Origin: Cenococcum geophilum
Lineage: Eukaryota
Length of the DNA stretch: 64,000 nucleotides
Direction of reading: 5' to 3'
Assembly (NCBI GenBank): GCA_050273025.1
Contig: CP158636.1
Coordinates: forward strand, 4,898,001 to 4,962,000
Under the pieces are notes generated by a model that saw nothing but the letters and a program-made list of their open reading frames with translations, was not told the origin of the DNA and ran no database searches. Positions 1 through 12,689 of the stretch are shown here, piece by piece. How positions within the stretch are numbered: the first letter of the stretch is position 1; each line of letters begins with the position of its first letter. Both the position numbers and the translations under genes were made by a program.

Positions 1-1289
1 AGCATTTCATAGAAGATTTCTATAAGGGAATGACTTAGGGATACAACAGAGCAATAGGCTTAGTGTTAAGACTTTAAGAGGAGTATATTATTAACGGAAT
101 CTAAAATATCGCAAGAAAAGTAATAAAGGAGTATTTAGATTACTAAAGAAATAAACTAATAAGGTATAAGCTATATAGAGGGCTATAACCTATTAAAATA
201 CTAGAGAGACCATAGGAGGTTATATCATAGGACTTTATTATTAAGTTACTAAAGTTAAGAGATCCTATTACCGGATAAGATTATAATGCGATTTTAGTAA
301 TAGTAGATAAGCTTATAAAGTGGGGATACTTTATAGCATGTATAAAAGAAATATTAGCAGAAGATATTGCTAAAATCTATATTAAAGAAGTGTTTATAAG
401 ACATAGAGTACTAAGCAAGATTATATCGGATAGAGATTTAAGATTTATAGCAGCATTCTAGGAAGTGTTTTTAGCAGAGTAAGGAGTTTAAGCAGCAACT
501 TCTACCGTATACTATTTACAGACAGACGGTTAAATAGAAAGATTAAATTAGACACTAGAACAGTATCTAAAACACTATATTAATTATACACAAAATAATT
601 AGGTATTGCTATTACTAGTTATATAGTTTATATATAATATAACACCACAGGAAGGAATAGGCATATTACCATTTAAGGCGAATTATGGATATAAGCTAAG
701 AACATTATTGTTACTACAGTAAGTAAAGAAAATAAGTAGTATAGATAAAGAAAGAATAAAGACGTTAATAAATCTTTATATAGACCTTATAGAATTAATA
801 AAGAAAGTATAAAAGAGAATAAAAAAGTATTATAATACTAAGAGATCTAAGGGACTAGATCTTAAGGAGGGAGATAAAATATAGCTACTATATAAAAATT
901 TTAAGAGTTAACGGCTAAGTAAGAAGTTAGATCACGTTAAACTAGGACCTTTTAAAATTACGTAAAGAATTTTACTAGTTACGTTTAAGTTAAACCTATT
1001 AGCTAAGATAAAGATCTACCCTATACAGTATATTATAATGCTAGAGCTAGTATACGGGAATGTTAAGCTACTAGTTTATAAAGCAGACACGTATAAAGGA
1101 CAAGAGGAAGATAAATAGTAAGTTTTAAAGATTGTTAGTTATAAGGATATTAACGATAAAACATAGTATAAGGTTAAGTAGATAGGCTATAATAAGACTA
1201 CCTAGGAATTACTAGAGAATTTAAAGAACGCTATAAGAAAGGTATAGAAGTATCGGAAGAAATTAGGTTAGGCAGTATTAATAAAGAAG

Positions 1290-1850
1290 GATTACTAAAG
1301 AATAAGTTACCTAAGGGGAACCTAAAAAGAGTAGTTACTAAACTACTTAGATCTATTTCCTTCTCTATTAGAAGAGAATCCGTTCTTTTATTACTAAGTT
1401 CCTATAAACCTTATTTTATAAGTTTCTACTCCTTAAAATAAACCTTCTTATAAACCTTCTTAAGACGGATTAGCTAAATGGACGCAGCAAAATAAGAATT
1501 AAGAGCCCTTTGCTAAGCTTTAGCAGCCTCTTATTTAGTATTATAAGAACAACGAAGTTTTAATAATATAACGGACAGTTTATTATCTAGCCGCGTAGCA
1601 GCAGATTAAATATAAAACCCTAAGATAAATTAATTAAGGAACTAGACGACTATTAAGAGTAATAGGTTATATATATTTAGCATTAGAGATAAAGCGAACG
1701 TTATAGGACGAATAAATATTCGCTTTAGTGCACTCTAAGTAAGAGGACGGTTATTGCAAAGATAGACTTACTAACGCAATATAAACTAACCCCTCTTTTA
1801 AATAGCGAGAATATAGAGATGGCATGATCTTACTAAGAGACAATATTATA
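1290..1850 (-). pseudogene. Antisense accessory ORF of Gypsy A (six-Cys motif plus coiled coil), RIP-degraded
   Basis: Same frame as the copy at ~16030-16650(+). De-RIP reading IMPSPCSRC.K.GLVCIALASPSSRQPSSCSECTKANIRSSCDV. Limits approximate. Confidence 0.55.
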
Positions 1851-2011
1851 GTAATAGTATAAGACTAATAAGCTATAGACAAAGAAGAAGGAGCCTTAGG
1901 TATAATAAGTTAAGATATTAACTAAATTAATTAGACGGATATTACACCTCTAGTAAACAACTTAGAGATATTTAGGATCTTTAAGGACGAAGATAAAAAG
2001 AAGGGAAATAG

Positions 2012-2432
2012 TGTTATAGACGCTTTAAGTATAATATTATAACTACTTAGAAAAGAGACGGAAAAAGCTAGTTAGTTAATTTAGGTACGGTCTAAGATAG
2101 AGCCGGTAGAGCTATATAACGAGAAATAGTAACTAAGGTTATATAACGTAATCTATATAATCTATATAATCTATATAATCTATAATAAAGTAAATAGAAT
2201 ATACGTACCTTATGTACTAAGGGGATTTCTTAGGAGTACGGTTGTGTATTTAAAGGACCATAGTCCCTACCTAGATAGTTCTCTCCTTTGTAGTAAATCT
2301 TAGAATATAATTAGAGTTAATTTGTTAGGCAACCACTCTACTAGTTATTATTACATTGTTGACTTCTTATTTACCTATATACCTAGCCTATTAATAAGTC
2401 CACCGTAGTTCCTGCTATAAGGCTTCGTTACA
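2012..2432 (+). repeat. LTR of Gypsy A (421 bp, TG...CA)
   Basis: Starts TGTTATAGACGC, ends GCTTCGTTACA. Near-identical to 3874-4294 and to the reverse complement of 15448-15868. Confidence 0.92.
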
Positions 2433-3873
2433 CCTAGGCTAAGGGGTCTTCCTTAGGGTTAAGCGCTATTAGGTTAATTAAAGTAGTCTTAAAGAAAATA
2501 ATAGGACGCTCTAGTTTACCAGCGCTAAGTTTACAAGGATTACTTATATACTATATATATACTACTTACTAGTTTAGTATAGTAGCACTAAGGCCACCTA
2601 TAAGGCCTATAACCCGTAACTTTTACTATAATATAGGCAGTATAGCATTAAGGATTGTCCTTTTACTACTATTTTTAAAGCCTTTAATATAATCTAGGCG
2701 CCGGGATAGTATATTAGTAGGATTTATCTTACCTAGCTTATATTTAATCTTAAAATTAAACTTAGTTAGTTCCTTAGCGTACTAGGCCTAGCGAGTAGAT
2801 AAGCTCTTAATGGTTATAAAGTACCTAAGATTATTATAATTATAGAGCACGCGCGTTATATACGCGGCGTATTTAAGGTAATAGCGCTACGTCTTAAAGC
2901 ATTGCACTATAGCGAGTAGTTCTTTATTATACGTATTATACCATACTTCTAGGCTAGTAAGTTTTTAACTATAATAGGCAATTGGGTACTAGTAGAGTTA
3001 ATCTCTCTACCCTAAAGGCTGCAGAAGTATACCGCTATAGGTATAGTTAGAAGCGTTAGTAATTACTATTAGGGGTAAATTAGGGTTAAAGTAGTAAAGT
3101 AAAGGAGCTTATATAAATATAGCGCGTAGCTTATAAAACGCCTACTATGCGTTATTAGGCCAGGACTAAGGTTGATGCCATTTAGTAGGCCCTTTTAACT
3201 TACGCTTTTTCTTCTTCTCCCTATCTAATGTTAGGTTATAATATGTCTATATAAGATATGCGTATAGGGGGTATGCGGTATCTAAGTAGTTCTAAATAAA
3301 TTGCCTATAGAAGTTAGCAAAGCTAAGGAAGACCTAGATATCCCTATAGGACTTAGGCTTAGGCCATTCCTTAATAGCTTTTACGCGGTTAGGGTCTATT
3401 ACGATACCCCTAGGGGTGATAATAAAGCCTAGGAACTTAATATTCTTAGTATAAAAAATATATTTTAATAGTTTGGTGTATAGGCCCTAAGCGCGGAGCT
3501 GTTATAGTACCTGCTTAACGTACTTAACGTACTTATTCTTATTATTTAAGTAAATAAGAATATTATCTAGGTAAACTACGTAGATAGTATCTACTAGGGT
3601 TCCTAGAGCTTTATAAATATAGCTTTAAAAAGTTATAGGGGCGTTAGTAAGACTAAAGGGTATTACTAAATACTTAAAGTAACTATAGCGTGTCTTAAAT
3701 ACGGTCTTTTATTTATCTTCCTTTTTAATATAAATCCTATAGTACGTATTATAAAGATCTAGCTTTATAAATATCTTTACATAGCTAAGCCTATTAAAGA
3801 GTTCGCCAACTAGCGGTAAAGGGTACCGATTTTTAATCGTAATCTTATTTAGGCGTTTATAGTTAACATATAG
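2433..3873 (-). mobile_element. Ty3/Gypsy family B, RT/RNase H portion (continuation of 12690-15447)
   Basis: Minus strand from 3873 reads [20 protein letters not shown], followed by VYLDDILI (~3560-3580) and the RNase H motif Y.TYDKELLAIV (~2910-2945) after de-RIP. Confidence 0.88.
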
Positions 3874-4294
3874 TATTACGGACGCTTTAAGTACAATATT
3901 ATAACTACTTAGAGAAAAGTCGGAAGAAGCTAGTTAGTTAATTTAGGCACGGTCTAGGATAGAGCCGATAGAGCTATATAACGAGGAATGGTAGCTAAGG
4001 TTATATAACGTAATCTATATAATTTATAGGATCTATATAATCTGTAATAGAGTAGATAAAATACACATACCTTATATACTAAGGGGATTTCTTAGGAGTA
4101 TAGTTGTGTATTTAAAGGACCACAATCCCTACCTAAATAGTTCTCTCCTTTGTAGTAAATCTTAGAATATAATTAGAGTTAATCTATTAGGCAACTACTC
4201 TACTAGTTATTACTACGTTATTAACTTCTTATTTATCTACATACCTAGCCTATTAATAAGTCTACCGTAGTTCCTACTATAAGGCTTTATTATA
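3874..4294 (+). repeat. 5' LTR of Gypsy A copy 2
   Basis: Direct repeat of 2012-2432. Preceded by TATAG, the reverse complement of the CTATA TSD at 15443-15447. Confidence 0.9.
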
Positions 4295-7200
4295 TATTTA
4301 CTACTAAGGTTATAGTATTAATAAAGTTAAACAACATACCACTAAAAGCACCAGCTATAACGCTATTGACGGCGGCAACTACTTTAAGATTAGGTAACGA
4401 CACCAATATAGCAGATACTAACTTATAGCAACTAGTAACAGTTGGATAACTATAAGAGATAGTTAACTAGTTAACAGAAAATAACGTAATATTAGAAAAT
4501 AGGAGCAGCAAAGATTAAGCTACTATTAATTAAAAGGTACTTAGGGGGAAAATTAAAACTTAAAGGATTCCTTATATAAATGCACTTTAAAGTTATATAA
4601 GAAGGGGTAAAGCTACTAATACCTATAAATTAAATAGTATATACGGGACTATTCCTATTAGGAAGGGCACTTAAATAGTTTAAGCCTTACCTTATAGAGA
4701 TATAGGCGAATGGTATAACAACTACTAATTAAGAAGTATGGTTTATATTTATAAGCTAGAAAGGGTTTATAGAATAACTTATATAAATATTTAGAGATTT
4801 AAAGGCAATAACTATAGCGGAAAAAAAACTCTAAGACATTACGCAATAAACCTTAGCAATTAAGTATATAATATAGTTCCAGACGTTAGCAATATAAGTA
4901 GAGTAGAATAATAAGGCGCTTATAGCATAGTATAAGCAAGAACTTAAGGCCAAAGTCTAGGACGCGATTATTCTAATAGAAGATATAGAAACCCTACGGA
5001 AACTAATAGATTAAGCGATTAAGATTAATAATCGGATCTACTAAAGGAAATAGGCTAAGAGAGGCTAGGATAGAGTTCTATAGTTATATAAGGCGCAGAG
5101 TATATAACAATTAAAGCTAAGTTAAAAACTATAGTATAGCGCAGAGCTAATAGACCTAAGTGGTACCAAAAAATCTAAAAAAATAAAATAAAAAATTATA
5201 GAAACCTAAAGGATAAGGATTAAGTAATTAAAAGTCTAAGGAGTAGAGGCCGAACCAGGGATTTTAGCAGCAGAAGACGTTTAAGCGGACTCTATAGCAA
5301 GAAAAATGGTTTAAAGAAGGAGCTTATATAAATTGCGGAAAATAAGGTTATTACATTAAAGACTATAGAAGTGGTTAAAGTTATTACGTAGTAAAAGGGA
5401 TAAGACTAGCAGACAACATATATATATAAAGGGACGACAATATGCTACGGGGAATAAAAGAATGTTTAATTAAAAGTTTTGCGTTTTATTATAATAACGC
5501 ATACCAAATTTATAAGGACGCTAAGTATAGCGTAAGCTATTAGCTATAAAAGCTATACTTAGTAGAATATAGAAAAACTAATAAACCAGTTCGCAGATCG
5601 GATATTAAAGACAATAAATTTAATATAGGCAAAACATTTTATAATAACAAGGTAATAAGGGCAGCTTACTAGGAGTATATAGACCTAAGAGATATTATAT
5701 AAGAGGTAGAGGATAATTCCACTATAGAATAGGGAACATTAGTAGGGATTAAGACCCTACTAGATACGATATTTATTGCTTCGCGAGACGTAAGAGAAGT
5801 AGGGTAGTGAACCACTTTAGCACTTAATAAAGGCAAAAGGCCACAAGCTTAAGACTCTTACGATAAGATATAAAACGACTAAGATTCTTAAGATAAGATG
5901 AGGTAAGCTTAAGGACCTATAATAGACAATAACCAATGAAGCAGAGCAATGGCTTAGTTTAGTAATATATAAATAAGCTTAGGACGAAGTTTTCTAAAAG
6001 TATAAAACTCTTAAGACAAGATAAGAACACTAATAAGCTTAGGATTAAGAATCTTATAGAACTAAGATTTTAGTAATAGAATAAGGACTATTAAATAAAT
6101 TATGGGTAAGACCCAGTAACGGGATCAAAATGTTAATACTAAGATTAAGAAGTAAGAGGACTTTAAGAATCTATTTACAAGACATAAACTAAAAGAAACT
6201 ATAGAAGAATTTAGGCAAAAAATCATCGCATAGTAAGAATAGAAACTAGATAAGAGATCTAGCATATTAGGATGTATAAGGGACAGAGCACTAGTATAAA
6301 AAATTACTAATAGGCTTAGGGCAGGCATACTAAGAGCTAAGTAGCTTACTAAACTAGAAAATAAAGAGGATTTAGGGATCCCTATTAGGTTTAAAGAACG
6401 ATATATAAAAGGCTGTTATAATATAGTAATAAGAAAATACTTCCTTACGGATAAGCCGTATATACTCTAGTAGCTATACTAAAAGTGGTATAGGCAACGA
6501 CATAATAATAAGTGGGAAGATTTTTATATATAGTTGGATAAAAGAGTTATCTAAGACCACCTGATTATAGAGAAGGCTATAACTTATATTAAAGGAGCCT
6601 TAATTATAACATTAAAAGATCTAGAGAAATGATTAGAGGACTAAGAAAGTAAGAGACGTATCTTAATACCCGCGAATAAAGTTATAACGTTTAGATTAGT
6701 ATAATAAAGGTTTAAACTTAAAGATAAAAACGAGTTAAGAGTTAACCTAAAGCACCTAGTATACTATACGCTATTATAGATTGTATATATAGATAATATA
6801 TATAAGATATATAAAAATCTAAAGGAAAAGAATTAGAAATACCCTATAAGGATATATTAGGCGCTAGATAAGCAATAGTATAAAAATACTAAGTATATAT
6901 ATAGATGGTATCTAGCAGAAGTATAAGAGTTAGGAGACTTAATACTTTAGCTAGAAAGATTTTTTACGGAAAAATGCTTAGACGGATAATAGTAGTAGAA
7001 ATACTTAGAAAACGCGTGTCTATGGTATATTAAAGATAAAAAGCGAACTAGGTATTAGCTAAAGAGTAAGCTAAGTATATAAGGATTAAATAGCTAATAG
7101 TTAGAAAAAGTGGAGGCCTACGGAACCAGAGGGAGCTAGTAGTAGAGCCTTAGACCCTTAAAGGAATTTAAGGATAATACCTAAATTTACGAGTAAAATA

Positions 7201-8350
7201 GTAAGATTAGTAGTTTAAAGCACTAATAGATAGTGGGGCAACACAAAACTATATCTTACTAGTAGTAGTTAAGAGAATAGGATTACCTTATAGATAGAAG
7301 AAACAACCTTACCTATTAGTTACAATTTTAGGAGATCTAATAGCCTATAAAGGAGGGATTATTAATCTTAAAACAGGACCTATTTAGTTAACCATTAAAG
7401 GAAGATAAATTAAGATGTCTTTTAATATCCTACCATTAGGATAGGATAAGGCAGTATTAGGTATACCTTAGTTACAAGAATATAATCTAAAAATTAATTA
7501 GATTATAGGCCAGGTTAATATTAGAGATACTTAATACTATAAGATATAACAGCAAACTAAGTTAGTATAGTATTAGGTTAGAGTAATATATAAAGAGACT
7601 AAGCGAGGCTTAAGTTATATACTAAAGAGATACTATAAGTATAGTAAGAAACTATGGAGCCTAGAAAGTAAAAAGCTAGTAAATTATGCAGTATAGAACT
7701 ATAAGATAAAGTTAGAACTAAGAATAAGTCTAAGGTTCTTTTTAACCTATAAGCTTACTTAAGAGGAGGCAAGCGCACTTAAAGAGTTTATCTAAGAAAA
7801 CTTATAAAAGGGATATATTAGACCATTATAGTTATTAGTAGGTTATCTAGTACTATTTATGCCAAAGAAAAATAGAAAGCTTAGGTTATGTATTAACTAT
7901 AGATAGTTAAATAGCATCACTTAAAAGGATAGGTATCCTTTACCCTTAATTAGCGAAATCTAAGATTAGATAGGTAATATACAAATCTTTATAAAGATAG
8001 ATCTAAGATAGGCGTACCATTAGATTAAAATTAAGGAAGGCGATAAATAGAAGGCAGCCTTTAGGTTAAGAGAAGGACTATATAAACTATTAGTTATACA
8101 ATTTAGGTTAATAAATATACTAGTAACATTTTAGAAATAAATTAATAGTATATTAGAAGAACACCTTAATAAGTTTATTATAGCATACCTTAACGATATT
8201 ATTATTTACTTAATAATTAAGGAAGAATACAGGGAATATGTTAAATAGGTTTTAAAGAGACTATAAGAAGAACAGATACTAGTAGTAATTAAGAAATATA
8301 AGTTCTTTACCAGGAAGGCTAATTTCGTCGGATTTATTATTAAACTAGGT
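3874..8350 (+). mobile_element. Gypsy A copy 2, 5' half (5' LTR, gag, long spacer, protease, RT up to GFIIxPG)
   Basis: LTR 3874-4294; zinc knuckle C.NCGK.GH...DC ~5325-5370; protease ALIDSGAT ~7220-7243; RT AYLDDIII ~8183-8205; stops abruptly at 8350. Confidence 0.9.
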
Positions 8351-9339
8351 TGCGCGTGCTTTATTTAGTCCTAATAGTATTCTATATAGAAATAATTACT
8401 ACTTCTGGGTTTTTAAAGAAGCTGCCGATAGTAAGCAAATAGAAAGCTCCTGTATACTTATACTTGTGTATTAATATTAAGGTCTTAGAGAAATATTCTA
8501 TAGTCCCATCTTTTGCCTACTAGCGCTTCCCCTATAATAAACTACCTTAGTTATAGAGTTCCTGCGAGCCTCTAAAGCTTTCTCTTAATAGGTAATTACC
8601 TTATTAAAGCAGTTTAGTAGAAGCTATACTAACCTAGGGTATCTCCTGCCGTATAATAAACTATATTAAGGGTACGGAATATATATACTTAGTGCCGTGG
8701 AGCAAAGAGCGCTAGTTTTAGGATAATAGTATATTTTAATATATAAATTAGCAGCGCCTAGGGTCTACGCCTGTTAACAACGCTTAGAATATTATTCTCC
8801 TTTAGTCTCATATTTATATAATCTTTAACTAAAAGCGTTTTACGATTATTCCTAAGTCTTCTATTCTCCTTATTTATATTCTAGCCCTAGGTTTATCTCT
8901 TTAGCTTATAAGTCTCTACCATAACGTATTGCTATAGCCACTTATTAGTGTTACTATTTAGTATATTCTGGCACGATTTGTATAGACAATCTTTACTTAA
9001 TCCGTTAATTTTATGCAGTAGGGCCTTAAGCGGAGGCTCTGCATTTATATAAGTAATGGGGAGATAAGTATTATAGACTTCTTGGAAGACTAATGCAGGC
9101 AGCTACTTATGTTAGGCCAAATCTTAGAGCTAGAGTCCGTGAAAACGATAATAGGATACTTATATAGCTCCGGTAGGAGATAAGGAAGATAATAGAGAAG
9201 AGTAATATTTCTAGGGTTGTAGGAGACAGCGTAGTTTCAGCGCCTTATTATAAGATTCTTCCTTTAATAAAAAGCTATGGACTACCTCTTAAGAGACTAT
9301 ACTAGATACAGATAATAATAATAATAATAATAAGCTAGA

Positions 9340-10600
9340 TAACTGTGATAATACAGAAAGGTATTTAGCGGGTTTTTATAATTATAATAATCCTAGTTAG
9401 AAGTCTATCTTAAATCCCTATTCTAGATAATTATTAATATTACTTTTAAGTTTAATTTATAAATTTACTACTTTATATGCCCTTCTTTTGTATCTACTAT
9501 ATCTTAATAACGTTCTTTTATATTTATAATATATCATATAAAATCTAATAGTTCTAATACCGCCCACTTTTCCTTTATATATTGCCTTAACTCTATAAGG
9601 CTATGTGGAAATCTTTTAGCCACTTTTTATTTTAATAGACGCTAAATATTTTCTATTGGATTTAAGTTAGAAGAATTAGTAAGCCAATATACCTTATCTA
9701 TACTATTTAAATTATAGAGCTGTTGCGTAAACTTAGTAGTATATTAAAGAGCACCGTATTTTATTAGAATAATATACCTTTAAGGTTTTTCTAGGTATTA
9801 TGCCATCTAGTTTATAAATTGGTATACCTAGGGAAGCATTCTTTCTCTATATGCTTTACCCGTTATACTACTCTATTCCTTTTTAATAACTACCATATCT
9901 CCTTTACTAAGCGCTAAAATGCCCCTATAGATAGTCTAAGAAGAGTAATATCTAAACTTAGGAGAATAATAAGAATTATTATACTTTTCTTTTAGTTATT
10001 AGGTAATATATACCTTTCTAAAGCCTTTAGTTAAGAGGGAGTACTTATTAGTTTAGATAATATAAGCCTACTGCTCTAGCGTCTAGCTTAAATACTTAAT
10101 TGCCTATGCTAAACATGCTTACTTTTATGCTTCGGTAAGGAGAGGTTTTAAGGTAGCCACGCGGTAACTGTAAGACTCTATCTTAAATACTGCTATAAGG
10201 GCTTTCTAATAAGCCTATATACCCTTTAGCCGAGTAATTTACTTATATGTTATTTGATAATAAGTAGCGTTAAAGGTTATATAAGTAATAAGGCGTTCCT
10301 AAACCTTGCCCGTAATAGCGGGCTTTCTATTTATTTACTTCTTTAAGGCTTCCGCTTAGAATCTTTATTACAAATTAAATGGTTATCTAAGGAAGTTTTA
10401 TAGTTGTAGTAATTACTTCTAATGTCTAATATAAAAGATTAGAGAGTGTAAAGATACAATAGCGCTCTTTATAAGATAGTTTAGTTTCTAGTTATTGGGT
10501 CTAGACGACACTAATAAGGTCTTTAAATAATGTTAGACATATTTATTCTACTAATATGCTCTAATACACTTTATAGCAAGGATATACGCTTTTATAGTTA
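9340..10600 (-). mobile_element. Tc1-like DNA transposon (DDE_3 transposase ~9465-10560), RIP-degraded
   Basis: De-RIP WPANSPDLNPIENIWRLLK (~9630-9690) and C-terminal MKERC.DVVDAKGGHTKW*. TIRs not resolved, so ends are approximate. Confidence 0.8.
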
Positions 10601-12102
10601 AAGCAGTTATTCTAGTACGTTTAATGGCACTACTTAAGATAATAACTTTTTTGCTAATACTTTCTAAAGCGTTAGAGTAATAATTAGGACTAGATTTTAG
10701 TATAAGTATATATAATATTTAGCCTCTTCTAAAAGGATTAATCTATTAATTTCCTTACATTACCGCTATTTGTATTATTCTATCTGCTATAATAGATAAG
10801 CAAATACATCTACTTACTTATCCCGCTTTATAAAATTTCCTTAAAAATAAGTAAGAAGCGAGTTCTCTAATAAATACTCGCTTAGTACCGTAGGGTTAGC
10901 ACTACTATATACTACAACTAAATTTAAAAACGATCTACGGTAGCTATATACATACTTTAGGTTGTCCTAAAATCTTACTAAACTTCTAAGAACAATGACG
11001 GGGTCTGCGACGTAGATATAGCTATATATTATGCCATAAGTTAGGCTATATCGCGAAGTTAAACGGTAATCGTTGCTAGTCCGAGGTTAGAAGTTTACGC
11101 TTTAGTTAACTTAGTAATCGCGCCACGCTAATCTAATATAAACTCTTTATTATAGCCAAGCAGTAGGGTATTAGAGAGTTCTATAGCTAGTAGTATAAAC
11201 GCGGCGGTACTTAACCGCTATAACGCTAAGCCTAAAAGAGTTGTTGGTTTTAATATACTAGCCTATAGCAGAACCGCTTCTTACTAGCTTTCTATCTTTA
11301 TTCTAAAAAAGTAGCGCCTTAAAAATAAGGGTGTGGCTAGTGCAGGTTAGCCGCCCTTTCTACTAGTAGTGGTGATATATAGTATAGGCTTTGCTCCTCC
11401 CCAAATACTTTAGCCCTCGCCTCTTATACCTATATAAGTAGCTTTTTAGCTTTATTATACCTTCTATTACTTAATAAGTATAGTTATAATCTCTCATCTA
11501 TATTATTAAGCTAGAAGTTAAAACTATATAATTAACGGCACTAAGAGTCACGCACAATATATACTTACTATAGCTTTTAATTCTTTCTTTAAGGCCGCCT
11601 ATATATAAGGCTATACTCTATCTTATTACCCCTTTATTAAACTTTATAGTATTACTAGATTAATATATATTGCGTTTACTAGGCTAAAGATGTAATTTAT
11701 ATAATTTACAAGATATCTATTTAGGGAAATAGCTTTCTTCTTAACTAAGGATATAGTAATACTAGGGGCTACCCTTTATTATATCAATAATAGCGCCTTC
11801 GCGTGTTTACAGTATATCCTTATTAAGGTAATTATTAAGAAGCCTACCTTTTCTAAAAACCTTAACCTATTTTCTTAAAGGTATATTATTTTTAGTATAA
11901 AATATTCTACGTTAACTATTACCCACTACTATACTATAGACTAACTCTCCTACTGCCCAACACTTAATCCACTTTAGTTTTTACTAATTACCTATAAAGC
12001 GGCCTTTAACGCAGCTAGTAAGAGCTATAAATTCTTTTCCCTCCTTAATATATAAGTTGCTATTAGAGATTAGTAATATACTAAACGCCAACCCCTACCT
12101 TT

Positions 12103-12336
12103 TTACGTGCTTAAGTAAATATATAGGGCCTACCTAATAGGATCTTTAGTATAGTCCGAGCGAACCTATAAAAGGGCATTATATAATACCTCTATAACGG
12201 CCTAATTAAGATCCTTAGTATTATTATATCTTATAAAGTACTAGTAAAAGAGTCTTACTACTTAAACGTATACTTTATTATTAGCTAGCTATAGGGACCC
12301 TATAATATATCTAAATCCAGCTACTTAGAAAGCGCT
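12103..12336 (-). pseudogene. C-terminal fragment of a CHAT-domain (caspase HetF-like) protein, RIP-degraded
   Basis: Literal translation SAF*VAGFRYIIGSL*LANNKVYV*VVRLFY...NALL*VR...IR*ALYIYLST*. This de-RIPs to SAFQVAGFRHVIGSLWPADDEVCVQVARLFY...ALH.AL.QVR...WAPYIHLGA*, the typical fungal CHAT C-terminus. Confidence 0.75.
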
Positions 12337-12689
12337 ATTAGGGGTATTAATTAGAGGGTCCTTTAGCCCCTTTCCCTCTTAAAGTAGTTAATAATTTACG
12401 GCTAGCTAACCTTTTAAAAGCCCTCCTCTACCTATATAGGGCTCTTCTATATAGTTATCTCCTTTAGCTTCCTTTTCTTAGCTTATTATAAGGCCTCTTT
12501 AATAATAATCTTATACTATAATTATAATTACTATTTGCTTATAGGCGCCTCATAGGCGCTAGCGTAGTATATTAGCGTAAAGGCTCTAATTATTATAGCC
12601 TTTTCCTACTATACCCGCTTAATACTATACGCCCTAGTCTATACCTTATAGCCTACCTTATAGTTAATACACTTCTTAGGTAGATCTCC

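Larger units (their letters stand above)
1..2432 (+). mobile_element. Ty3/Gypsy family A, copy 1, 3' part (integrase, chromodomain, PPT, 3' LTR), RIP-degraded
   Basis: De-RIP integrase motifs (PWEVI.MDFI.KLP ~210-250; YH.QTDGQTER.NQTLEQYL ~510-570), chromodomain ~1110-1260, purine tract ~1995-2011 before the LTR. Inverted copy at 15448-17860. Confidence 0.9.

Noticed and set aside
12337..12689. Upstream continuation of the CHAT gene
   Set aside because: No frame gives the expected LAYLSAC...DE.IHL motif. The segment appears unrelated and is unidentified.
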